Shown: positions 20,399 through 29,049 of the stretch, in pieces | Layout: every line of letters begins with the position of its first letter | Position numbering within the stretch: position 1 is the stretch's first letter | Origin: Patescibacteria group bacterium | GTDB taxonomy: Bacteria; Patescibacteriota; WWE3; UBA101185; UBA10185 | NCBI GenBank assembly: GCA_049322215.1 | Contig: JBMORU010000001.1 | Span: 324,023-388,022 of the forward strand | Length of the DNA stretch: 64,000 nt | Direction of reading: 5' to 3' | Made by a program: the position numbers and the translations under genes | Notes under the pieces: model-generated | What the model was told of the DNA's origin: nothing | Databases searched by the model: none | What the model saw: only the letters and a program-made list of their open reading frames with translations

Positions 20399-22669
20399 AT
20401 GGCACGAAGAGGAAGAAAGAAAGCAATCAAATTAAAAATGAAGCCAGATACGGCTAAATCTATCCTGTCTATTATTTTAATTGTTACAGGAGGGTTAGTG
20501 CTAGTATCTTTTATTACTCCTGACTACGCAATAAATTCTGTAATTCAAAAAGGCATTCGCGGTTTATTTGGCATAACTTCTATATTTTTAACCCCAGTTT
20601 TAATTGTTTGGGGTCTAATTTATATTCCATCAATAAAGTGGAAGTTTGCAGAACTACGTGTTTTATTTGGCTTATTGGCCTTACTAATTGGATCAAGCGG
20701 TTTGGTGCATACATTTTATAGTAGAGAGGACGCTAAGAGCATAGCCCAAGACGGTTTAGGTGGTGGTTTTGTTGGATACTTAATATCTAAGGTTTTAATA
20801 AATACGCTTAGTATATACGGGGCTGTTTTAATTTTATTAGCCTTTTTAGTAGTTACTCTTATATTTATCTGGGATAAGCCTTTAGATGAATTAATGTCCC
20901 GTTTACCTTCAAACTTGGGTTTTTTGAATAAGCTTAAGTTTAAGCGCAAAGCTAAACTTTCTGGTGAAATGGCAGAAGATGCGCATCAAGACGAAATTAA
21001 AATAAGCACTGGCGTGGCAGAAAGCGCTGTAGAAGTAAACTCTCACCCTGAAGAGGCTAAAAAACCAGCTAAAAAAGTCGTAGAAGAACCTTCTTTTGAA
21101 GTAATTCCTTCAATGGCAGAACCGCAGGCAGGTCTTGTAGTTCCTCAGCTTCCAACGGGTACTGAAGGTATAGCGCTTACTCCAAATTTGCCTTATAGCG
21201 ATAGAATTTGGGAACCACCTCCACTAGACATACTAAACCCACCATCAAATGCACCAGTTGACAGAGGAGATGTAAAAGCACGTGCCAAAATAATTGAAGA
21301 TACTTTAAGGTCATTTGGAATAGAGATTTCTGTAAAAGAAATAAATTATGGGCCTTCTGTAACTCAATACGCTCTTGAAACTCCTTCTGGAACAAAAATA
21401 GCTAAAATATCTAATTTACAATATGATTTGGCATTAGCATTAGCTTCACCTACAGGATCAGTACGTATAGAAGCTCCTATTCCTGGAAGATCTCTAATTG
21501 GTATCGAAGTTCCTAATAATAATCGTTTAGTAGTCAATTTTAAAGAAATTCTTACGTCTGATGCTATGAAGGGAAATAAAGCTCCTTTAGGTATTGTGCT
21601 AGGAAAAGATGTAAGCGGAGCTTCTAAAGTTTACGATATAGCAAAAATGCCTCACCTACTTGTTGCAGGAGCTACAGGTTCTGGTAAATCTATATTTTTG
21701 CAAAGCATAATGTTTTCTCTATTATTTAAAAAAGGGCCTGATGAAGTTAAATTCATACTGGTAGACCCCAAAAGGGTTGAATTAGTTTATTACCAGGATA
21801 TTCCCCATTTGTTAACTCCAGTCGTAACAGATAGTGAAAAGGCTCCTTCTGTTTTTGGTTGGTTAGTAGATGAAATGGAACGTCGATACAAGTTGCTAGA
21901 AGCAGCTAGAGTGAGAAATATTGTTGGATATAATGAAAAATCGGGTTTTCAGGCTATGCCTTACATTGTAGTTATAGTTGACGAAATGGCTGAAATAATG
22001 GTTAGAGACCCTGCTGCTGTAGAAAAAAACATCATTAGACTTGCGCAGTTATCTCGTGCAACGGGAATTCATTTAATCTTGACAGTACAGAGACCCTCTA
22101 CAAATATTATTACTGGTTTAATTAAAGCAAATATACCTTGTCGTGCTGCTTTTAATGTTACTAGCCAGGTAGACTCTAGAGTTATTATTGACCAGCCTGG
22201 TGCGGAAAAACTTTTGGGTAAAGGAGACATGCTTTTTGTTCCACCTGATGCATCTAAGCCGGTTCGTTTACAAGGGTCTTTTATAGACGAAAAAGAAATC
22301 AATCAATTAGTGTCTTATTTAAAAAGCACTGGAATGCCTCCTTCTTATAATGCGGAAATTTTATCAAAGCCGCCTATTGATACAAATAAAAGTATTTCTG
22401 CCGGGGGAGACGCAACTGATGATTTGTTTGATGATGCCGTAGAAGTGGTTGTTACTGCAGGTAAAGCGTCTGCATCTTTGTTGCAAAGACGTTTATCTAT
22501 TGGGTATGCTAGAGCTGCCCGTATTTTAGATGAACTAGAAGCTAAGGGAGTTATTGGACCTGCAAGAGGCAGCAAACCAAGAGATGTTTTAATGAGTGAT
22601 ACCTCTGCAACCGATCCATTAAGTGATACACTTGACACCGAGATTGAAGATCTTACTTTTGACTCATAA
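20399..22669 (+). CDS. ftsK: DNA translocase FtsK/SpoIIIE
   Basis: N-terminal TMs, MPHLLVAGATGSGKS, DPKRVEL, GAEKLLGKGDML, gamma domain S.LQRRL.IGY.RAAR. Confidence 0.97.
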   Translation: MARRGRKKAIKLKMKPDTAKSILSIILIVTGGLVLVSFITPDYAINSVIQKGIRGLFGITSIFLTPVLIVWGLIYIPSIKWKFAELRVLFGLLALLIGSSGLVHTFYSREDAKSIAQDGLGGGFVGYLISKVLINTLSIYGAVLILLAFLVVTLIFIWDKPLDELMSRLPSNLGFLNKLKFKRKAKLSGEMAEDAHQDEIKISTGVAESAVEVNSHPEEAKKPAKKVVEEPSFEVIPSMAEPQAGLVVPQLPTGTEGIALTPNLPYSDRIWEPPPLDILNPPSNAPVDRGDVKARAKIIEDTLRSFGIEISVKEINYGPSVTQYALETPSGTKIAKISNLQYDLALALASPTGSVRIEAPIPGRSLIGIEVPNNNRLVVNFKEILTSDAMKGNKAPLGIVLGKDVSGASKVYDIAKMPHLLVAGATGSGKSIFLQSIMFSLLFKKGPDEVKFILVDPKRVELVYYQDIPHLLTPVVTDSEKAPSVFGWLVDEMERRYKLLEAARVRNIVGYNEKSGFQAMPYIVVIVDEMAEIMVRDPAAVEKNIIRLAQLSRATGIHLILTVQRPSTNIITGLIKANIPCRAAFNVTSQVDSRVIIDQPGAEKLLGKGDMLFVPPDASKPVRLQGSFIDEKEINQLVSYLKSTGMPPSYNAEILSKPPIDTNKSISAGGDATDDLFDDAVEVVVTAGKASASLLQRRLSIGYARAARILDELEAKGVIGPARGSKPRDVLMSDTSATDPLSDTLDTEIEDLTFDS

Positions 22670-22693
22670 ATTTAGTGTTAATATACAAAAGTT

Positions 22694-23401
22694 ATGATTA
22701 CTGTAGGTGAACTTTTACGTTCCCAACGCGAAAAGAAAAAATTAACATTGGATGATATTCATAAGTTTATAAAAATTCATCCAAAGTTTTTGCTAGCCTT
22801 AGAAGAAGGTAACTATTCTGTGTTTTCGGATAAAGTACATGCGAAAGGTTTTTTAAAAAATTACGCTGAGTTTTTAGATTTAAATGTTGATGAAGTTTTA
22901 GCTTTTTGGCGTAGAGAGTATGGTGGGGAATTTGACAAAAAGACAACCTCAAAAGGGGCGGAGTTTGATTTAAAACCTTTACATTCAACCAAATTGGCTT
23001 TTACACCGGGTGTTATATTTGCATTTCTTTCAATTATTTTGGTGCTTGGGTTTTTTGGTTATTTATTTTTTCAATATAGCACTTACTCAGGCGCCCCAAA
23101 TTTAGAAGTGTATACTCCTGAAAACAATGCAGTTGTTTCTAGCGATTTAGTTGATATAACAGGTTTAGCTGAAAGAGATTCTGTATTATCTATAAATAAT
23201 CAGCGTGTTGTACTAAACACTGATGGTAGCTTTGCCACCACACTAAAGTTAAATGAAGGTCTAAACACACTCAACATACGTGTAGTCAATAATTTAGGGA
23301 GAGAAACAGAAAAAGTTTTGACTGTTATTTATAGACCAAATTTATTAGAAGTTACAGAAGTTAAGGAATCTACCGAGTCTTCGAGTGCCGTAGAACTTTA
23401 A
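22694..23401 (+). CDS. RodZ-like HTH_25 + TM + Ig-like domain protein
   Basis: GE.LR..RE...LTL......KI....L.ALEEG.......KGFLKNYA.FL; TM; L.EG.N Ig-like C-terminus; follows ftsK. Confidence 0.85.
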   Translation: MITVGELLRSQREKKKLTLDDIHKFIKIHPKFLLALEEGNYSVFSDKVHAKGFLKNYAEFLDLNVDEVLAFWRREYGGEFDKKTTSKGAEFDLKPLHSTKLAFTPGVIFAFLSIILVLGFFGYLFFQYSTYSGAPNLEVYTPENNAVVSSDLVDITGLAERDSVLSINNQRVVLNTDGSFATTLKLNEGLNTLNIRVVNNLGRETEKVLTVIYRPNLLEVTEVKESTESSSAVEL

Positions 23402-23467
23402 GTTTACAAAGTGATGCCAAGCTAAAGTTTGTTGACGTGGTTGACTGAAAGTGCGACCATTTAAGTA

Positions 23468-23761
23468 ATGTCCGACGCCTCGCTTTATACTGATAAAGAT
23501 AACATAGAAACAATTTCTTCTTTAACTAGTGGTTTAGTTGTTGAATCAGAATCTGACACTAATGCACACCGAAGATCTGTATTATTTAACTTATTTACTA
23601 GTGTAGGTAGGTATACATTGCTTTTCATTATGTCTGCAAGTTTTTTGGTCTTAAGTGCGGGTTTAATGCTAGGTGAAAGCGCTTCTAGACTTAAGTTACA
23701 GGTCACCCTTAGTGGTTCTGGTTACCCTAGAATTGCTAATATAATTGTTACAGAACTTTAA
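23468..23761 (+). CDS. Small hypothetical membrane protein
   Basis: 97-aa ORF; its TM segment resembles that of the next ORF. Confidence 0.55.
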   Translation: MSDASLYTDKDNIETISSLTSGLVVESESDTNAHRRSVLFNLFTSVGRYTLLFIMSASFLVLSAGLMLGESASRLKLQVTLSGSGYPRIANIIVTEL

Positions 23762-23775
23762 TGTAAACTTTACTT

Positions 23776-24813
23776 ATGGATTTACTGCCCTACAAAGAAA
23801 ACACAGCGAGCATTAACCATATTTTAATTCAGAGCTTTAATGCAATTGGTTTGCTAATTTTAATTTTTACAGCCTCTTCAGGTTTACTAGTGCTTAGTGG
23901 ATTTTTAACTTTTAAAAACAGTGTTCTTGATATGCAAAGCGTACAAAGTGAAGTTTTGGGGGCAAAAACATGTTCTGCCAACTTTAAATCAGTAAGTATG
24001 CCCCTAACGGGTTTAGCAGACTCTTACGTTACCATGGAAGGCCGCAAATTTGATTTAGAGGGGGGTCTTTATCCCAATTCCCAAAACAAATATTCAGTCG
24101 AACACGAGGCCTTAGGTTTGATGGTCGCTAATGAAGTAAGAGAAAACGAAAGTAATTTTGGTATGCTTGCTATTGGTGGTGATTCAGCATCAAAAATATT
24201 CACACACTTTATTCCTTTGCTTGCTACCGACTTGAGTGTTAACTCTAAGTTACACGTGATAAATGGTGCTTATGCAAATAGCACAATTTTGAGTTGGGCA
24301 TCTTCAGAAAATACAGCTGTTTGGGATAATGCTGTTAAGCATGTATATGATGCTGGAATTTCTCCCGCTGACGTTTCCATACTGTGGATTCAAATGGAAC
24401 CTGATCCATTTTTATTACAAACAGTTGAGTTTCCTAAAAACATAACGCTTTATAGTGAAAACTTGTCTAAAATAATGTCTACTGCGTTAGAAAATTTTCC
24501 AAGTATTGAGTTGGTCTATGTAACAAGCAGCTATCGTAATTATAGTTACGACAAAAATGTTCTTTCAGAGCCTGCATTTTTTGAAACGGGCTACGGGGTT
24601 AAGTCATTTGTAGCAAATAATTTGCATAATACATCTCCGTGGGTTTCTTGGGGCCCTTATTTATGGAGTAATTCGTCTGACTGGTCTGCAGCAAACCTAG
24701 ATACAGACTGCATATCTTTATCAAATAAGGGCGCTGCAATACTTAGTGAAACTTTAGTGTCCTTCTTTAAAGCAGATAAAGTCTCTTCTTTGTGGTTTTT
24801 AGATAGCAATTAG
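23776..24813 (+). CDS. Membrane-anchored SGNH/GDSL-like fold protein, catalytic residues doubtful
   Basis: TM followed by VLGA; GGLYP...N, IG.DS, NGA, WGPYLW, D...S.KG pattern. Confidence 0.6.
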   Translation: MDLLPYKENTASINHILIQSFNAIGLLILIFTASSGLLVLSGFLTFKNSVLDMQSVQSEVLGAKTCSANFKSVSMPLTGLADSYVTMEGRKFDLEGGLYPNSQNKYSVEHEALGLMVANEVRENESNFGMLAIGGDSASKIFTHFIPLLATDLSVNSKLHVINGAYANSTILSWASSENTAVWDNAVKHVYDAGISPADVSILWIQMEPDPFLLQTVEFPKNITLYSENLSKIMSTALENFPSIELVYVTSSYRNYSYDKNVLSEPAFFETGYGVKSFVANNLHNTSPWVSWGPYLWSNSSDWSAANLDTDCISLSNKGAAILSETLVSFFKADKVSSLWFLDSN

Positions 24814-24943
24814 TCAATAGACGCTATTGTCATCTTGACTTAGCCTAAGTTGGCCGTGGTATACTTTTTAAAGTAGAAAGGTTACTGCCCTAACCCGTTT
24901 TGACTTTTAATTAAGTTTCTACTGGCCAAAGGCTAGATAAATT

Positions 24944-25231
24944 TTGGATATACAGGTAGTTTTAGTCATTTTATTAGCTCTTCTTACTGTCAATCTTCTT
25001 GTTGTCGGTGTTTACGTAGTTTTAGTTTTAAAAGAATTTCGCGAAACTGTAAAAAAGGCAAATGTAGTTTTAGATGATGTTGAAGCAGTTACCTCTACTG
25101 TAAGTAAAACTTTTTCCAGCCCAATTTCTACTTTAATCGGAGTTGCCACTGCTGCTTTTCAAGGTATGAGGGCAGTAAAATCTTTAGGATCTATAAGTAG
25201 TTTAGCGGGTAGTGACGAGGAGGAAGATTAA
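24944..25231 (+). CDS. DUF948/YoxC-like small membrane protein
   Basis: N-terminal TM then helical region; coupled to the YtxH-like ORF. Confidence 0.7.
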   Translation: MDIQVVLVILLALLTVNLLVVGVYVVLVLKEFRETVKKANVVLDDVEAVTSTVSKTFSSPISTLIGVATAAFQGMRAVKSLGSISSLAGSDEEED

Positions 25232-25656
25232 TGTCTAAAAAACATACTCACGATGATGGAAGTTTTCATTCATTTGTAAATGGTGCAGTATTTGGTGCCA
25301 TTGCAGGTGTTGTATTAGGTGTTTTGTTTGCCCCAACTTCAGGTGTTGAATCGCGCAAAAAGTTAAAAGAAGTTTCAGACGATGCAGCTGAAAAATTTGA
25401 TGAGGTTAAAATAGCTGCAGAACCTTTAATTGCAGAAATAGAACAAAAAGTTGCCCCAGTAATGCAAAAAGTTAAAGAAGCTGAGGGTCCAATTAAATCT
25501 GAGGTTTTAGAAAGAGTAGCTCAATTGGTGGAAGAAGTAGATGTTATGACCGATGGAGCCGTTACTGAAAAAAAAGAAAAATTACAAAGCACTAAAGCTA
25601 AATTCTTTAAAAACACAAAAAAGTCCGAATCTGATCCTTCTCAAGAAAACGCTTAA
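25231..25656 (+). CDS. YtxH domain protein
   Basis: F..G...GAIAG...G.LFAP.SG.E.RKKL signature. Confidence 0.85.
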   Translation: MSKKHTHDDGSFHSFVNGAVFGAIAGVVLGVLFAPTSGVESRKKLKEVSDDAAEKFDEVKIAAEPLIAEIEQKVAPVMQKVKEAEGPIKSEVLERVAQLVEEVDVMTDGAVTEKKEKLQSTKAKFFKNTKKSESDPSQENA

Positions 25657-25673
25657 AATGCTAGAATTGTCCT

Positions 25674-26582
25674 ATGCAGGACTTGCCCACAGATAACACA
25701 AACAATAATAATTCTGGTAGTCAGCACCCAAACCCATTTTATATTGATGATAGTACAGAAATTGATTTAAACTCTACCCAAGAGCAAGTATCTACGCTTA
25801 AACATGAAAGTGCTGTTGAACCTACTCCACCGACTGTTGCAGAACCTGTGCCTTCCCCTGATCCTACTTACATAAATCCTCAACCCGTTGTTGTTGCCGA
25901 GCCAGTACCTTCGGCACCTATACCTGCAGTACCTATACCCGTGCCCGAACCTGTTATACCAGAACCCTTGCCATCAGTGCCTTCCCCACCTGAGGTTTCT
26001 GCAATGCCCAGTATTTCAAGTACTACTATAGAAAATTCTGCCCCCAATGATTTTACACAAGAGAATGTTCCCGAGTGGATGCAAGTGCAACCAATAGCAG
26101 ATAGTAATATGCCTTCTCCCGATGAAGAAGAGGGTTTACTTGAGGACGGAAATCCGTTTGCTGAACCCTCAGATACCGCTGTGTCTCAGCCACCTGTTAC
26201 GCCTCAAACCCCTATAGTATCTAGCACTACAAGTGGAGGTTTAGAAGGAGTTGGAAGTGAAAGCTTAAGTTCATTTGCACCTGTTGAATCAGTACCTGAA
26301 GCTCTACCAAGCGAACTTGCCCCCGAGGTTTTGAGTACGTCTGAATCTGCAGAGTTTCAAACTCCGGCACCCGCAGCACCAACACCAGCCATGCCTCAGC
26401 AAGCGCCTGAAAATATTGTTCCTCAACAAATGCAAGCTTCTGATTTACAAGGGCATTTAATAGATAAAAGAACCTCCCATGAGCAGCTACACGAGGTTTC
26501 TAGCGTAGATCCTACTACCAAGTGGGCTGACGAAGAAGAGGAAGAGTTTATAGTTGGGGTAGAAGAAGCCCATAAACACTAA
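25674..26582 (+). CDS. Pro/Glu-rich intrinsically disordered protein
   Basis: Low-complexity (V/A)(A/P)EP(V/L)PS repeats; ordered-looking C-terminal motif IDKRT...AD.EEE.FI..VE.AH; overlaps the next start. Confidence 0.8.
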   Translation: MQDLPTDNTNNNNSGSQHPNPFYIDDSTEIDLNSTQEQVSTLKHESAVEPTPPTVAEPVPSPDPTYINPQPVVVAEPVPSAPIPAVPIPVPEPVIPEPLPSVPSPPEVSAMPSISSTTIENSAPNDFTQENVPEWMQVQPIADSNMPSPDEEEGLLEDGNPFAEPSDTAVSQPPVTPQTPIVSSTTSGGLEGVGSESLSSFAPVESVPEALPSELAPEVLSTSESAEFQTPAPAAPTPAMPQQAPENIVPQQMQASDLQGHLIDKRTSHEQLHEVSSVDPTTKWADEEEEEFIVGVEEAHKH

Positions 26583-29008
26583 TGCAAGATATAACCACAA
26601 TATTCACGCTTTTGATAATAATAATTATTGTAGTTGGCGTTATAGCAGGTATTGTTACTTTTTTACTAAATAAAAAGCGCCGCCAATTAGAACAAAGCGA
26701 TCAATATAAATTAACTTTTTTACAGGTAAAGGTGCCTCCTAGTGATGAAAGCGAAATAAAGGTAGCAGAAAGTTTATTTTCTAGCTTAATGGGTATTTCG
26801 TCTAGTAATGCCTCATGGTTATTAAAGGGACATAGTCGTGTGTCTTTCGAAATTGTATCTAATACAGAAGGCATAAGCTTTTATGTTGTTGCCCCAGATG
26901 ATATTGCCGTGCTCGTTGAAAAACAAATAAACGGAGCTTATCCCGATGCTGAAATAGACATTATAGATCCCCAAGAAGTATGGGATAGAGGTGAGTATAC
27001 TTCAGTAGCCGAGTTAAGACTAAGTGGGCCTCACTACTATCCAATAAAAACTTATGAATCTCTAGGGAGCGATTCGTTAAGTGGCATTACTACAGCCATG
27101 AGTAAGTTAAAGCCCGATGAAGTGTTAGCCTTACAAGTAATTATAAAACCAGCCGGGGACTTTTGGCGTGACAGAGGTAGCCAATATATTTACGATGTGA
27201 AAAACAAAGCATCTGCAACAGAAAATTCAGCACCGGTAGACCAAAATTTAGTTCAAGGCATAGAAAAGAAAATATCTAAACCTGGTTTTTACACAACTAT
27301 ACGTGTAATTTCTATAGCCAAAGATCGTTTTTCTGCAGAAAGTAATGTTACAAACTTAACTAATGCGTTCGAGCAATTCACGGACCCCACATTTAATAGG
27401 TTAACACGCAAAAGTGTGAAAACAGCAATTTTTATTGATGACTTTATATACAGACGTCCTAATTTCACGGACATTCGCATACCTGGTTTAGGTTGGCAGA
27501 TCAAAAGAAACACATCGGTATTAAACATTGAAGAATTGGCAACTATATTTCATTTTCCAAACAAAAATGTTAAAACACCAAGCATTAATTGGCTGCGTGC
27601 GCGTAAATCTTCGGCGCCCATTAATTTACCTACTGATGGCTTATATTTAGGACAAAGTTTATTCAGAGGTGTTTCTACAGATGTTTACATTAAAGATAAA
27701 GACCGTAGGCGCCATATGTATATAATTGGACAAACAGGTACAGGTAAATCTGAGTTTTTAAAGGGTATGGCTTTACAAGATATTGTGAACGGTGAGGGGC
27801 TTGCAATAATAGATCCACACGGTAGTGCTGTAGATGACATAATGCAAAAAATCCCAAGAGAACGGGCTGAAGATGTTGTTTTGTTTAATGCTTCAGATAC
27901 CGAAATGCCTATTGGTTTAAATGTTCTTGAGTGGAAAGACGAGCGCGAAAAAAACATTATTATTAACGCTTTTATTGGCTTGCTAAAAAAACTTTATGAT
28001 CCTAATAATCAAGGTGTTGTGGGGCCAAAACTTGAACGTGCCGTTAGAAACGTAATGTTAACCGCAATGTATGATAAAGACTCCACTTTAATAGATGTGT
28101 TGCGCTTACTAATTGATTCTGAATATTCAAAGAAGTTTTTTCCTTTAATTAAAGATCCTCTTGTAATGCGTTACTGGACAGATGAAGTAGCAAAAACAAG
28201 TGATTTTCATAAAAGTGAAACCATGGGATATTTTGTTTCTAAGTTTGACAGATTTATTACCGAAAGATCTATGCGAAATATGTTAGGCCAACCACATTCG
28301 TCACTTGACTTTGAATACATTATGGAAAACAAAAAGATTTTATTGGTCGACCTTTCTAAAGGTAAAATAGGTGAGGAAAATTCAACTTTCTTGGGATTAA
28401 TTATCGTTCCACGTATATTAACTGCCGCCTTAAAAAGAGCACAGGTGTTGGCAGAAGGGGGAGATTTTCCTGATTTTTACTTATATGTTGATGAGTTTCA
28501 AAACTTTGCAACTCCTGATTTTGCCACAATTTTGTCGGAAGCACGAAAATATAAACTAGACTTGATAGTTGCTAACCAATTCATAGGGCAACTAACCGAA
28601 GGAATAAAAGATGCAATATTTGGTAATGTAGGTACTTTGGTATCTTTTCGAGTGGGTATTGATGACGCAGATTATTTGGAAAAGCAGTTTGAGCCTACAT
28701 TTATGTCAAATGACTTATTAAATAATGCCATGGGTAACTGCTATATGCGTTTGCTTATCGATGGACATCCCTCAGAACCGTTTTCAATGCGTGTAGATTG
28801 GGATGCAGATCGAGATGATATTTCTACAAAATATGTAAACATTGATAAAAATATTGAAATGGCAAGATATATTCGTCAGCTATCAAGGCAAAAATACGGA
28901 AAGTACTTTGCAGATGTTGAAGCATTTATTCAAAAGCGGGCTGGTTTTGATACACCTCCTCAAATGCCAGAACCTCCCAAACCCAAAAGGCGACGCCCTG
29001 CATTTTAG
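26582..29008 (+). CDS. VirD4/TraD/TrwB-like coupling ATPase (CPR type) with N-terminal TM
   Basis: RRRHMYIIGQTGTGKS, IIDPHG, LYVDEFQNFAT..F..ILSEARKY.L.L..ANQ, AIFGNVGT...FRVG..DA. Confidence 0.92.
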   Translation: MQDITTIFTLLIIIIIVVGVIAGIVTFLLNKKRRQLEQSDQYKLTFLQVKVPPSDESEIKVAESLFSSLMGISSSNASWLLKGHSRVSFEIVSNTEGISFYVVAPDDIAVLVEKQINGAYPDAEIDIIDPQEVWDRGEYTSVAELRLSGPHYYPIKTYESLGSDSLSGITTAMSKLKPDEVLALQVIIKPAGDFWRDRGSQYIYDVKNKASATENSAPVDQNLVQGIEKKISKPGFYTTIRVISIAKDRFSAESNVTNLTNAFEQFTDPTFNRLTRKSVKTAIFIDDFIYRRPNFTDIRIPGLGWQIKRNTSVLNIEELATIFHFPNKNVKTPSINWLRARKSSAPINLPTDGLYLGQSLFRGVSTDVYIKDKDRRRHMYIIGQTGTGKSEFLKGMALQDIVNGEGLAIIDPHGSAVDDIMQKIPRERAEDVVLFNASDTEMPIGLNVLEWKDEREKNIIINAFIGLLKKLYDPNNQGVVGPKLERAVRNVMLTAMYDKDSTLIDVLRLLIDSEYSKKFFPLIKDPLVMRYWTDEVAKTSDFHKSETMGYFVSKFDRFITERSMRNMLGQPHSSLDFEYIMENKKILLVDLSKGKIGEENSTFLGLIIVPRILTAALKRAQVLAEGGDFPDFYLYVDEFQNFATPDFATILSEARKYKLDLIVANQFIGQLTEGIKDAIFGNVGTLVSFRVGIDDADYLEKQFEPTFMSNDLLNNAMGNCYMRLLIDGHPSEPFSMRVDWDADRDDISTKYVNIDKNIEMARYIRQLSRQKYGKYFADVEAFIQKRAGFDTPPQMPEPPKPKRRRPAF

Positions 29009-29049
29009 GTAGTATGGACTTATTCTCCTAACTGTGAAAAAATATTTGT

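Noticed and set aside
24900-24943. Purine riboswitch (AGUUUCUAC resembles J2/3)
   Set aside because: No P2/P3 kissing-loop sequences and no purine-related downstream gene; kept only as an unknown structured leader
25800-26420. CRISPR or other DNA repeat array
   Set aside because: The repeats are degenerate Pro/Glu codon runs inside an ORF, with no constant repeat-spacer period
26582-29008. Integrative conjugative element
   Set aside because: No relaxase, VirB4, integrase, att repeats or evident compositional shift
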